Shown: positions 1 to 11,320 of the stretch, piece after piece
How positions within the stretch are numbered: position 1 is the stretch's first letter
How the letters are laid out: the number at the start of each line of letters is the position of its first letter
NCBI GenBank assembly: GCA_963706795.1
Contig: OY970170.1
Span: 1,230,001-1,262,000 of the forward strand
From: Candidatus Saccharimonadota bacterium
GTDB lineage: Bacteria; Patescibacteriota; Gracilibacteria; BD1-5; UBA2023
Length of the DNA stretch: 32,000 nucleotides
Direction: 5' to 3'
The notes under the pieces: generated by a model
Seen by the model: only the letters and a program-made list of their open reading frames with translations
The model's database searches: none
Told to the model about the DNA's origin: nothing
Program-made: the position numbers and the translations under genes

Positions 1-1651
1 TTCGGAATGTTGTAGTTGTATAGACATTACCTGTGTAGGTGCTTCCTGATACTGGGAGAGCAACGGTATTGCCACTCGCATCAGTTCGTTCACATGATGT
101 GGCATTAGTAGCATTCCAAAGAAGTGTTGTTTGACCTCCAGACTGTACAGTGCTTGGTGAAGCTGCAATAACCACTGTCGGAAGCACTCCTGTTGTTCCT
201 CCGTTGCCAATTACGGTTCCAGATGAGTTATTTACACCAACTGTAACATATGCCTGGCTATAACCACCTGGACCAGTACATCGGATATAAAAACTTGTAG
301 TAGTCGAAAGTGGACCAACAAACGCATTTCCTGAAACTGGTACAGATTCGAATGCACCACTTACATTTGATCGCTCACATGTTGTTGCGTTTACTGCATT
401 CCAGATGAGGACTGCGCTGCTTCCCATTGAGACTGTACTCGATGCTGCAGTCATAGTAACTGTAGGCAGGAGAAGCGTTGTTACTGGCAATACATTTACT
501 GTAATGGACTCTTTAGAGCTTCCGTATGAACCGCTACAATTAAAGTAGAATGTCGTGCTCGCCGTGAGTGGCCCAGTACTTACACTTCCAGAAGTATTGA
601 TATTACCGAAGTAGTTACCCGTCGTACTTGTCTGCTCACATGTATTGGCATTAGAAGCACTCCATGTGAGAGTGACGCTTTCTCCTGAATTAACCGTTGT
701 TTTAGATGCTGCGAGATTGATACTCGGAGTCCATGTCTGTGGAGAAATTGGAGGTACTGCATTAACCGTTACAGCTCCAAAAGCCACTCCACCTGGACCA
801 CTACATCTAATACGGAAAGTTGTATTTTTCCAAATAGGTTCTGAGAATGCCGCACCATATACTGGTGTATTTGCAAATGCTCCAGCAGCATTTGTACGTG
901 TACAGTATGTTGCATTGGTTGATGTCCATGTGAGAGTCGCGCTCTTACCAGAAGCAACACTCGAAGCGTCAGAACTGATACTTACTGTTGGTCGACCATA
1001 ATTTGAAGTAGATGGTGGATTGATAATCGGTGTATCAATAATGGGTGCATCCCCTACTCGCACAAGCACTGAAGCTTCAGCGATCTTGTTTTGACCAGTA
1101 CATCGGATGGTGAAAGTCGTCTCTCTTTGGAGAATCCGTACGAGTGAGCTTCCTGAAGTTTGGATAGATTCTGAGCCACCGTTACTGTCGATTCTCTTAC
1201 AAGAGAGCGCATTGGTTGAACGCCATGAGAGTGTAGCAGTATCTCCAACATAGGCTGGAAGAGTATCTGCCGAAAATGAAACCGTTGGATCAAGATTTGA
1301 TACTACCACGATGCGGATCGAAGCAGTACGAGTACCTCCTGGTCCTACACACTTGAGATTATAGCGAGTCGAGCGTGTAAGGGGTCCGACTACGAAGCTT
1401 CCAACATCGTCACCAAATATGTAATTACCAACATTGCCCGACCAGCGACATGAGTAAGCATTGCTCGCATCCCAGCTAATTGTTGTGCTTCCGCCAACGG
1501 TTACAAACATAGGATCACCCTTGATGCTGATCTCTGGAGCAGGAACAGAAGTATCTACCCCTTCTACGAAGGCTGAAGCTGATGAAGTGACTGATAGAGC
1601 AAAAATAGCTACCAATCAAACCCATCGCGCAACCGAAAGTTTTGAAAACAT
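1..1651 (-). CDS. Secreted/surface protein built from tandem Ig-like (beta-sandwich-type) modules; partial, C-terminus lies beyond the window start
   Basis: ATG at 1651-1649. The minus-strand frame stays open to base 2, with one in-frame TGA (codon 12, 1618-1616). It never closes inside the window, so it is missing from the ORF track. The N-terminus MFSKLSVARWVGLVAIFALSVTSSASA looks like a signal peptide. Six modules share [ST]-L-x-W-x-[AS]-x-N-A-x-x-C ... T-F-x-[IF]-x-C-x-G. Trp sits at residues 60, 143, 242, 330, 417 and 512. A Cys always follows 8 residues later, and a second Cys comes 33-34 residues after the first. Confidence 0.8.
2..1537 (-). repeat. Protein-level tandem repeat: six copies (the last truncated by the window edge) of an 83-99 aa Cys-pair module
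   Basis: The W-x7-C ... C motif recurs periodically in the hand translation of the minus strand. The copies are diverged at DNA level, so this is not a nucleotide satellite. Confidence 0.7.
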
Positions 1652-1833
1652 ATGCGACTAGTTAAATATATAACTTTGATTATCCACAAAAGTCTCAAAA
1701 AGTAAACTGACATATATTTTTCGTGAGATGCAAATCAAAATTTACGTTTTGGAATTTTGAAAATGATCAAAAAACAATAGGATGCACATATCTCTATCCG
1801 ATGCTTTTTCCCACAAAAAGTCACCTCCTTCAC

Positions 1834-3228
1834 ATGAATAAAACAAACGATCCAAAAAACGACCATCCTACCAATCTCAACTTTGAAGAAGTTGAGAAAT
1901 TTATTGAATGAGCAGAGCAAGCACTTCTTTCTAAAAGGAAATACAAGATTAATTCGATCTTTAAGGAACTGATCGGCACAACCAAGTCTCTTGTCAATAA
2001 TGTTTTGCAACTCAAGCATACAGTCAAATTGATACTGCAAACCGTTGACGAACACACTCAGAAGCTCCAAAAATTACATGCCATGAATCGTGAGCTCACA
2101 GGCTTTAAAACGATTATCGAAGCAGCTCTCTTTTTAGAGGAAGCCTTTGCGCGTGACTGTAACGAAATGCGTATTCGCATCATCCTTGCTCCGAATATGA
2201 GCGCAGATGATAAAAAGATGGCGAATCCTATAGCGCAGATGTTTGCTGATGCGATAGAACTTATCGAAAATAATCCAAATCCTACATCAGAAGAAACAGC
2301 AAAACTTAAACGCCTGACAGAACTCATTCCTGTTGTACCCGAAACCCTTGGGATCTCGACAACTTCTCAAAATATCAAGCTCGTTACTCAAGAAAGCTAC
2401 GACAGTATCACTTCTCAAAAAATCGTCGAGGACGTGAGCAGATTAAAAGCTCCAATTTTTTGACGAGATATACACTCAGCATTGATCCATAAACTCGAGA
2501 ATATCGGAGCCATTGCATTTTTGTCACCGTACGAAGGCTATTTTACAGATGCAGATACGACCATTCTCACGATGCATCTTGAGAATATCAGCGACAAGCT
2601 TATGGTTATTAGCGAACTCGAAGAAAACACACTCGATCCCCTTACAAAACTCCCAAACAGACGTCGCATGAGTCAGGAGGCAAACAAGGCATTTGAGGAG
2701 ATCTTGCAGAAACAAACAACTGCGAGCTTTGTGCTCGTCGATCTTGATAAATTCAAGCATGTTAACGATACGTACTGACACGACGCAGGTGACGTGGTAC
2801 TCAAAAAATTTGCAAGCGTTCTCTCAGGCAATCTCAAGGATGCTAAAGATATCAAGGTACGCTGGGGTGGAGAAGAATTTGCTGTCCTTATGAAGGATAC
2901 GACGCCTGAAGAAGCAAACAAAGCTATGCTGCGAGTTTCAAAGGCTTTTTTCGATCTAACGTTTGCGATAGACATCAACGGTAATACGATTGTTGTACAT
3001 CCAAAAACAGACCCTGAAATGATCGCACAAACATTTCGTGTAAGTATGAGTGCAGGTGTGGCAGGTATTACATTAGATTCGATCGAAAATAAGGACTCAG
3101 AAGATACTCTCAAAGAGATAGCAAAAAAAGCGGATTCACGACTTTATGCTGCAAAGGAAGCTTGAAGAAATAGGATAGTTTGGTATGATGCAAGCCAAGA
3201 AGATTCGGCCATTCCAGAAGTTATTTAA
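1834..3228 (+). CDS. Diguanylate cyclase (GGDEF domain) with an uncharacterised N-terminal region
   Basis: Track fragments 1723-1911, 2005-2463, 2482-2778 and 2794-3165 are all in frame 1 and are separated only by TGA (1909, 2461, 2776, 3163). The joined product reads ...LVDLDKFKHVNDTY-[TGA]-HDAGDVVLKKF...RWGGEEFAVL...ADSRLYAAKEA-[TGA]-RNRIVWY. These are canonical GGDEF motifs with an intact GGEEF site. The true stop is TAA 3226-3228. The start is uncertain (ATG 1834, ATG 1801 or GTG 1723). Confidence 0.85.
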
Positions 3229-3263
3229 GTAGGTTTTTACGCTCTATTCCCCTTATTTTTGCC

Positions 3264-3680
3264 ATGCCTCCACTCGACTGATCGACTTCGCGCACACAAG
3301 AAACCTACTCATCGCTGAAGAGTCTGCCGGTTGAGATTGCAACCTGGAATGATGTGGAATCCTGGGCAAAAATCATCAAAGAATGGTATCCACAAGACAG
3401 CGAATCAAGTGCAAATATTGGAGAGTATATGGAGCAATTTGATACCATCTGGAAAACCCATCGCAAGCTCTGGTATAACTATACATATACGCAGCGCGTC
3501 TATGATCTCACCGAAGACGATGCCACAGACGATTGAGTTGAAACCCTCACAGATCTCACTCACAAAGAACGTATCGAAAAAAGGGTTCTCGAGCAAGTTC
3601 AAGCGCGCATCAGTGATATCAAGCTGCTTCCAAAAGCAAAACGGCTCATCGCTGAAGTAAATACTCTCGTGAGTAACTAA
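3264..3680 (+). CDS. Hypothetical protein (138 aa)
   Basis: Frame 3 is open from ATG 3264 to TAA 3678-3680 with two in-frame TGAs (3279, 3534). It includes track ORF 3354-3536. A terminator follows immediately. No motif recognised. Confidence 0.5.
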
Positions 3681-3708
3681 AAAACCTCCCAAATTTGGGA
3701 GGTTTTTT
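3679..3708. terminator. Bidirectional rho-independent terminator between convergent genes
   Basis: aaaaaCCTCCCaaatttGGGAGGtttttt: a GC-rich 6-bp stem (3685-3690 / 3697-3702) extended by A/T pairs, with an A-run upstream and a T-run downstream. Confidence 0.75.
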
Positions 3709-3715
3709 AGTTAGA

Positions 3716-5515
3716 TTAGCTTCCTCGCTTTCCGTGGAGGAGCATTTCGAGAGCATCTTCCATGGAATCCGTTCAGATGAGATCGCCTGCATTTACAAAA
3801 AATATTCGATCGGCATTTTTGATCGTATTAAGACGGTGCGCGATAATCACCTTGGTCGTAGTAGACGGAAGGGTTTCGAGTACTTTTTCGAGGAGTTCTT
3901 CTGTGACGGTGTCGATATTAGCCGTTGCCTCATCGAGGATCAAAAGCTCAGGCTTACGAAGCACGGCGCGCATAAATGCGATAAGCTGTTTTTGACCGAG
4001 ACTGATGGATTCGCCACCGTTGGTTACAGGAGTATCTGGTCCTCATTCAAATCGCTTTAAGAGGTCTGCAAAGCCTGAATTTGCGAGAGCAGTATCGAGC
4101 TCTTCGTGTGACTTTTTAGCGTATTCTTCATTTCCATAAAAAATATTGTCGCGGACAGTTCCTGAGAAAAGAAAAGGTTCTTGGAGAATGAAGCCAATTT
4201 TTTTAGTACGCTCTTCAGTCGAATAGGTGCGAATATCGCGCCCTGAGAGACGAATCTCACCAGACGAAGCATCGTAGAGACGAGCCATAATAGAGGCGGT
4301 TGTAGTCTTCCCTCCTCCGGTTGGTCCAACGAGGGCGTAGGTTTTGCCCTTCTCAAGCACTAAGTCGATCTCATGGAGAATCGTTTTACCATTTGGGTAA
4401 TGAAATGAGACCTTCGAAAACTCAAGTAGATGATCATCATGAATCACCTTTGGCGAAGGCAATTGCGGAAGATCTGACTCCATGGAGAGTACTTCTGAAA
4501 TACGATCGAGTGATGCAAGCGAAAGCTGAAAAGACGACCAAAGTGCGGCAAGCTGCCGCAGTGGACTATAAAAATTCGTCACATAGAGCTGGAATCCGAT
4601 GAGGAGACCGACTGTGAGGTGTCCAGTTGTGATGAGATATATACCAAATGCGAGTGCAACGAGCTGCGCTAGATTGGCGGCGAGTCCATAAATCGGCAAA
4701 AAGACATTGCTCGCATTACCTGAGGCAATGGACGCTTTGTAATTACGTTCACTTGCTTCTTCAAATTTTTGCTTGAAGTAATCAAGACGATTAAATACAA
4801 CGATGACTTTAAAATTTGCGAGACTCTCTTGTATCTCGGAGCTAAGTCATCCAAGTGATCGTAGACTCTCAAGATTTTTTCGCTTCACAAATGGTGAAAT
4901 GAATTGCGTGATTATAAAGACCGCCAGTGCTGGAAGTAGCGTTACAAATCCTAGTCTCAGACTTAAAAAGAGCATAAATATACCCGTTCCAGCCATCAGA
5001 AAGACATTCCCCACAAACTGAATCAGACCCTGTGAAATAAATTGATTGAGCTTATCTGTATCATTATTAATACGCGAGATCAGATCACCCGCCTTATTTT
5101 GATGAAAGAACGAAACCGGAAGCGCTTGAAGCTTGGTAAATATCGCATTACGGAGACCAAATAGCACACGTCGCCCAACGCCACCCATGGACTTTGTCTG
5201 GAGATAACTCGCAAGACTTCCTATTACAAAGATCACAAATAGCAGCGCCGAATACAGCAGAATTCCTTGATAATCCTTGGACGATATCGCTGTATCGATA
5301 GTATGACTGATAATGATCGGTGCAACAAGGGTCGCGAGCGAACTTGTAATAACAGCAACCGTTGTAAATGCGATTACCTTACCTTCTCCAGCCAAAAACG
5401 GAGTAAATCGCTTGAGGGATTGGAGGATTGATTCTTTGGGTTTTTGGGTATCAGGACCACTAAGCTGGTAATTCGTAGGCATGGGTGCTCTGTTGTGAAT
5501 TAAAAATCTGGACAT
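3716..5515 (-). CDS. ABC exporter, fused permease + ATPase (MsbA/ABCB-like half transporter), downstream member of a pair
   Basis: Fragments 4847-5515, 4043-4699 and 3773-3973 share one frame and are joined by TGA. There is a six-helix-type TMD. Walker A is LVGPTGGGKTT. It then reads ...LKRFE-[TGA 4043-4045]-GPDTPVTNGGESISLGQKQLIAFMRAVL..LLILDEATANID..IIAHRL. The true stop is TAA 3716-3718. The alternative start ATG 5482 would shorten the overlap with the upstream gene. Confidence 0.9.
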
Positions 5516-7196
5516 ATTCTGGAGAAGTTTCCATGAGTTGTTTGTGTGTGCCTATTGCGAGTAATTCTCACTCCATTATGAGAATAATCTGTTCGTAGTC
5601 CTCTATCGTAGCAATTTTTTGGGTGATCGAAATGAGTGTGATATCTGGATAATTTTTGCGAACATTCTCAAGAATTTTGGTCTCAGTCGCAGTGTCGAGT
5701 CTGGCGGTAAAGTCATCAAGGAAGAGGATTTTTGGATCCAGAGCGAGCGCTCGCGCGAGCATGATTCGTTGCTTTTGTCCACCAGAGAGACTTGATCCTC
5801 GCTCCGAAACAACCGTGTCGAGTCATTCTGGAAGTCCGTCTATAAAATCTCGAAGTTCAGCTGTATCGATCGCTTTTTTGAGGCTCGCATCGCTCACAGT
5901 ATTACTAAAGGCGATATTTTCTCTCAGTGTCAGACTAAAGACTATACTGTCCTGAAAGACAAACCCAATCTGGTCATAAAATGACTTTTTATCAAAGGAA
6001 GTAATATCCTGACCATCAAAGTGGATCGAGCCCGAAGTTGGCGACAAGAGCCCTGTCATGAGATAGAGCAACAGGGTCTTCCCTGCTGCAGTCGGCCCAA
6101 TGATTGCGGTTTTTGAATGAGGCGCAATAGTAAAAGAAACGTCCTTGAGAGCCTTTTTTTCTCAAAATGCGAGTGTGATATTTTGTACGGCAATTTGTCC
6201 GCTGAGATCACTCACAGTCTTGCCTCGAGTTGGAGGAATTGGTGCATTTAAAACCTCAGAGATACGAGCATACGAAGCCGTTGCTTGAGCAATGACACCA
6301 CTCATAAATCCAATAAGAATGATTGGGAAAATTAAAATCGCGAGATATCCATTGAATGCCGCAAAATCTCCGAGACTCATGCTTCCTGTAATGACGAAGT
6401 GTCCACCGAGCATGAGGATCGCAAGCATCGCGATATTTGCAGTGAATGTGATCACAGGGATGAGCATCGCAAAGAGTCCCAAAATCATGAGTCCAATTTC
6501 CTTCGCTTTGCTATTTGCCGCGAGGAATTTAACGTATTCGAAGCTTTGTGAATTAAGAAGCCTGATAAGTGCAGATCCGAGAATACTCTCATTAATGATT
6601 TTATTAAGCCAGTCAACGGTTTCTTGTGAAGTCTTAAAGAGCTTGCGCACCTTGCCGAGCACGAATGAAAAAGTTACCCCGATGATTGGCACTGAGAGCA
6701 AGACCACAAGCGCTAGCTGCCAATTAATCGCTAGAAGCAAAATGCTCGAACCAATAATCAAAAATACCGAAGAAACAATCGACACAATAGCCTGTGATAC
6801 AAAGGTCTTTACAGCATCGACATCAGATGTGAGATTTGTAAGCAGTTTAGAAGGCGTAGCACGCTCGATATATGCGTAGTCCTGTTCTGCAATTTTTGCG
6901 ACAATCTGACCACGTAAATCACGCGCTACACGCTCCGAAGCAAAAGTCTGCACAAGACTCTGTCCATAGGTAAGCACAAACACAAAGAATGATATCGCAG
7001 CAAACTCTATAAGAAGCTTGTCGCTATCAAATGTACCACTCGTAAAAGCGTCGATTGCAGACGCAATAATCTTAGGAACTGCAAGATTAAGTCCATTCGC
7101 CAAAATGGTCAAAACAATAAGCCCTGCAATAATCATGGCATATGGCTTCAAAAGCCCAAAAATATTCGGACTCGGAGCTGGTACTGGTTTCGTCAT
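5460..7196 (-). CDS. ABC exporter, fused permease + ATPase, upstream member of the pair
   Basis: Fragments 6162-7196, 5823-6071 and 5568-5762 share one frame and are joined by TGA. Walker A is [12 protein letters not shown]. It then reads ...DGLPE-[TGA 5823-5825][26 protein letters not shown]..[12 protein letters not shown]. After TGA 5568 the frame continues [22 protein letters not shown]... to TAG 5460-5462. Confidence 0.9.
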
Positions 7197-7329
7197 AAAA
7201 AGAGGTGCTAACTGATCGGAAAGTATATGACAAAGAGACTAAAAGAAAATCTGGAAATTTTGAGTAAAATAATGGAAATTGGTAGATTCCATCTGTTTTT
7301 CCATACAATACGGTTTTCATGAATCTATA

Positions 7330-7986
7330 ATGACGCGCACTCTCTTGCTCACAAGAATAGGACTCAGCTGTCTTTATGGAATTGTCTTCACAATGCAAAA
7401 GAGCAGTGAATCGAGCAAAATATGAGTGATCAAACAAGGTCTCCCAGCAAAGATTCAAGAAGAATCCAGGGTGCCCACCACAGGCACGGCCGCGCTCATA
7501 ATAGAATCTGTACGCAAACAACTCGGAGTGACACTTTACTACGATGGGGCATACGCTAAGCTTGAATACCCGAATGGAGATGTACCCATGATCACCGGAG
7601 TCTGCGCTGATGTCGTCATCCGAGCTCTCCGAAGTGCACTCAAAATAGATCTCCAAAAAGACGTACATCTTGATATGGCTGCAAATTTTAGTCGCTATCC
7701 ACAGGCGTGGTGACTCAAAAAAACTGACACCAATATTGATCACCGCAGAGTCCGCAATCTCATGACCTACTTTGGTCGTCAAAAATGGAATCTAGCTGAT
7801 ACAGATTTTGCACCAGGCGATATCGTCGCATGGAGGTTGCCGGATGGACAGCGTCATATAGGAATACTCTCAGATACTATCCGCCCCGATGGCAAACCAC
7901 TCGTAATCCATAATATCGGTGGTGGTGCACAAGAGTCTGATATTATTGATTACTACACGAGAATTGGACACTGGAGGATAAAATAA
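7330..7986 (+). CDS. DUF1287 domain-containing protein with an N-terminal hydrophobic anchor
   Basis: Fragments 7426-7713 and 7762-7986 are in one frame. The joined sequence is YPNGDVPMITGVCADVVIRALR..DLQKDVHLDM..FSRYPQAW-[TGA 7711-7713]-LKKTDTNIDHRRVRNLMTYF...PGDIVAW...HIGIL...LVIHNIGGG...GHWRI. This matches the DUF1287 family pattern, including its conserved W-G-L. ATG 7330 gives an N-terminus MTRTLLLTRIGLSCLYGIVF. Confidence 0.8.
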
Positions 7987-8024
7987 AATCTCTAGCACAT
8001 TCCCGTGCTAGAGATTTTATTTTA
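7985..8024. terminator. Bidirectional terminator hairpin shared by convergent genes
   Basis: A perfect 14-bp stem, AAAATCTCTAGCAC (7985-7998) / GTGCTAGAGATTTT (8005-8018), with a 6-nt loop and T-rich flanks. It overlaps both stop codons (TAA 7984-7986 and TAA 8022-8024). Confidence 0.75.
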
Positions 8025-11000
8025 CTTCTGTATATCTTTCCCTTCCTTGATCTTGTCTACTGCAGTTTTGGATGCATCTCAGACAATTGGGGTTCGAGTT
8101 CTGGCTGAGTCTACAAGTTTTTGGTGTGCCTCGAGTTCTTTTGCAGTATTTGCTGCTGCCTTTTCTGAAGCTTTCTGCGCGATTTGCGCTTCGGCTTCTG
8201 CGGCAGTTAAGAGTTGAACTGGATGAAGCTCAGATGGAGCAGCATCAATCACTTGTACTCCATTTCGTACTTCAACGGTACGTTTTACTTTACCATTTCA
8301 ACGTATTTCATCAAATAGGTAGCTTCTGCGACCATTTATAAGTTTACCAGAAGCATCGAATGTTCCGGATTCGACCACCATTCCTGTACCAGTATCATCA
8401 CGTCGTCTTCGGATTCCATCGGTGAGATTGCCATTTACATCAAAATTTCAACGCTCTTGGAGATTGTGATTTACAGTACCGTCGTTATTTTTAGCATACC
8501 GAGTTCCAGCTTTGCCTGTGAGTCCATTTGGATGAAGCTCACCAATAAAGAGCGTGTGATTATTTTCGTAGCGCTGACTCGTTGTTGCCTCATGTGGCGA
8601 GACATTTGTTGGGGCTGGTGGCACAAAAGGGACTCCGAGGAATTCAGCATGATTCTCGGGAGGACGCGGAGAATTTTCTGGCTCGTATCTCACAAATTTT
8701 CCGTCCTTTATTGCATAGTGGGCATGTGTTCAGTTTGCATTTCGCATACTCACAAGACCATCCCAGAGGATCCCATAGTTATAATTTCCAGTTTCAAATC
8801 GTTCAAAGGTGGCGGTTCCTGATCTCGATTCACCTTCTAGGAGATTTCCTTCCTTATCAAAACGCCCCTTCTTGTAGCTCTGAGGGTTGACCGTGCCATC
8901 AGCATGTTTGTCATAGAGCGTTCATTCTTTTGGCATTCCATTTTCGTATGTTTTGCCCTCAAAATGAAATCGATCACCGATTTTTGGCTTAGAAGAAAGT
9001 CCTTCGGATTGACGTGCATATGCGTATGGTTCTGGGCCAGTACGTGCGTTTTCTGGAGTAGTATTTCGAGGTTCAGGACGACTCGCACTTGGTGCTGGTT
9101 CAGAATTTGGACGCATTTCTACAACTGCGATTCCTCCGTCAGGAGTGCGCTTTACGCCCATCATTTTATTAACACCACCGGTCGCTGTACGGAAAGCCGC
9201 CGCCATGATGAATGCTTGGGCGATTTGTTCTGGCGAATATGAGAACTTGTCATCAAAGGCAAGTTTAAACGCAAGTTGACTTCCGATGCCGGCAATATTG
9301 AGCGCGGCTCCGTCGATAATAGCTCACGTACCAAATCGTACGAGTCCATTGCCCATACGACTCACCCGCCCAAGCATGTTATTTCCAGCAAGCACTTTAG
9401 TTACACCACCCAACACTCAAGCAAAGAGGATCGAATCCCCAAGTCCACGCCATGAGTACATATTTGTATCTTCTTGTGCAGATCTTGCAGCACCGTGTCC
9501 AAGCTCAAAAGCAGCTCATTTTCCGATGAATGTATTGCCTGCTTTCATTCCGTAATTTGCGAGCTTTGCAAAACGCGTAGCCTGAAGACCAGTGGAAGCG
9601 ACATTTACAATTGCCGTACCTAGGCCGAGGGTCATCATTCCTGCAGCGAGAGCAACTGATTCAATCCCAGCCATATGCAAGAACTCTCTAAATGAGCGCG
9701 AAGAAGCATTAAATGTACCCGTTCCGAGAATCGAGGACGCCATATCGAGCTCAGAATCTTTTTCGTAGTCTCAATTCCAGTCGACATTTTGATTCAAAAA
9801 GGCTCTCAGATATGCAATGCGGAATGCCTCATCGAGACCCCGCTGCATATGGACTGATTCTGCTTTGTTTAGAAGCTCGCTTTCGGGTTTTGGATCATTT
9901 GTCTGCGCCTTGTATGCACGAACATATGATGCGCCATTCGCCACCCAATCTTGTTGGAGCGCCTTTTTGACGGACTCCATCTCTTGGCGGATTTCTTTTG
10001 AAGCCTTTGCCTGATCTGCGACATTGAGAGGCTTCGCAAAAGGAATCGTCTCGCCGAGTTCGATCTTGGAGATGAGCGACTCTGCATTGGTGATATTCTT
10101 TGTATGACTTCGTGCGATCTGTGAAACTACGAGATCATATTGCCCGATACTGTCTTTGATGAGTTTATAGAGTGTAGCGCGTCGCTGTACGGGATTTTTG
10201 TCATTAGAAAATGCTGACATCCAGTGCCAAACAACTCATTTGTCTGGCTCAAGAATATATGTAATTTTCTTGGCAAATTCGTTGATATCACCTCATTTTA
10301 TAACGTATTCGTCCACGAGTTTCCAGGCCTTAAGCGCTTGGGATTGCTTATTTTGGTACTGTGCGCTGTATGCCTCAAGAAAAATCGCCATATCATCAGC
10401 CCAGCCAATTCGACTTTTTTGCTCTGGAGAAATCTGAGCTTCGGCTCACTGTTTTGCAGCATCTACATAATTTGCATGCCAGATAACTTTTTCGGTACCA
10501 TTCTCACCAATGAGATAATATGCACCATCTCGCACAACCATACCGATTGCAGGAGCACCGAGAACTTTGAGTGCCTCAGACTGTGTAGCTGGCGCGCTCT
10601 TAAGTGGAGCAGCAGGAGCCTTTTTTGGTACTGAAGCCTGAGGTACAGATGGAGTAGCATCTACCTTTGGTGCAGGCTTTGCAAGAACAGCAGGAATAGA
10701 AACAGGTTTTTGCTCAATTTTTTGAGCATCCTGCGAAGCAGGCTTTGCAACCGAAGTTGGTGTAGGAGCAGGAGTTGGAGCTTTAGGAGTAGCAACTACA
10801 TGGGGAGGAACAGAGGCAACTGGCGCACTCTTTTGCGCTTTTGTTTGATCAACATTAGAAGTCTTAGGTTTTTCTCCGGCCTGCTTTTTGAGGACTTCAA
10901 CGAGGCTCCCAAAAGTTTCGGGTCCAGGAATGCCATCTACTCGGATTTCTTCTGCAATCTGAAATTCTTTAATCGCGTGCGTGGTTTCAGTTCCCATCAT

Positions 11001-11252
11001 CCCATCAATTCCATGCTCAGGGAGTTTGTAACCAAGAGTCACCAGCGTCTTTTGGATAATAAGGACCACTGCAGCGCTATCTTTAGGAGAATCTGGACGA
11101 TGAAAAGGCTGATTTTTATACTCAGCGAGCTTTGTAAGCAAAAACTCATTGGTGAAGCCTTGGATAGCTTCTTTTACGTCCTGATCTTTTTCGAGATTGA
11201 GACCGGTTTTTACCTGCTCTTTGACCCAGTTTGGGCTGTGCTCAATAGACAT
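8022..11252 (-). CDS. Large (1076 aa) multidomain envelope protein: N-terminal peptidoglycan-binding domain, Pro/Ala/Lys-rich linker, Gly-rich hydrophobic central region, C-terminal MORN/YwqK-like repeats
   Basis: Track fragments ending at 11252, 10220, 9743, 9206 and 8693 are all in the same frame. They are linked by 12 in-frame TGAs (10446, 10293, 10236, 9771, 9516, 9417, 9324, 8922, 8730, 8448, 8298, 8079), and the stop is TAA 8022-8024. A PG_binding_1-like stretch reads AVVLIIQKTLVTLGYKLPEHGIDGMMGTETTHAIKEFQ..RVDGIPGPETF. The linker reads KPKTSNVDQTKAQKSAPVASVPP...PKKAPAAP. The central segment is GIESVALAAGMMTLGLGTAIVNVASTG...GVLGGVTKVLAG...GAIIDGAALNIAGIGS. The C-terminus has repeated G-x-x-x-x-x-[YF]-x-x-x-G-x-[LV] units, for example GKTYENGMPKEGTLYDKHADGTV and GRFDKEGNLLEG. 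Confidence 0.75.
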
Positions 11253-11320
11253 AATCGTCGCGAGTTAAGTGTGATACCTTAAAATTACCACACTGTGCGC
11301 TTCTCTGTCAAATAGTGAGC

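Noticed and set aside
1-1651. The ~260-nt periodicity at the left edge could be a DNA tandem repeat or a CRISPR-like array.
   Set aside because: The periodicity exists only at protein-motif level. The nucleotide copies are diverged, there are no short identical direct repeats with unique spacers, and the whole stretch is one open reading frame.
3331-3660. A 109-aa plus-strand ORF competing with the 3264-3680 frame.
   Set aside because: The other frame is longer once UGA is read through. It ends with TAA immediately before the terminator and has a more protein-like composition. The choice remains only moderately confident.
7087-7782. Long standard-code ORFs on the opposite strand of real genes: 7087-7782 (231 aa), 6292-6879 (195 aa), 10710-11282 (190 aa), 24982-25425 (147 aa), 2673-3113 (146 aa).
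   Set aside because: They are antisense shadows of strongly supported genes (DUF1287, ABC, envelope protein, HsdR, GGDEF). Their composition is odd (Cys/Ser/Phe/Arg-rich) and they carry no motifs.
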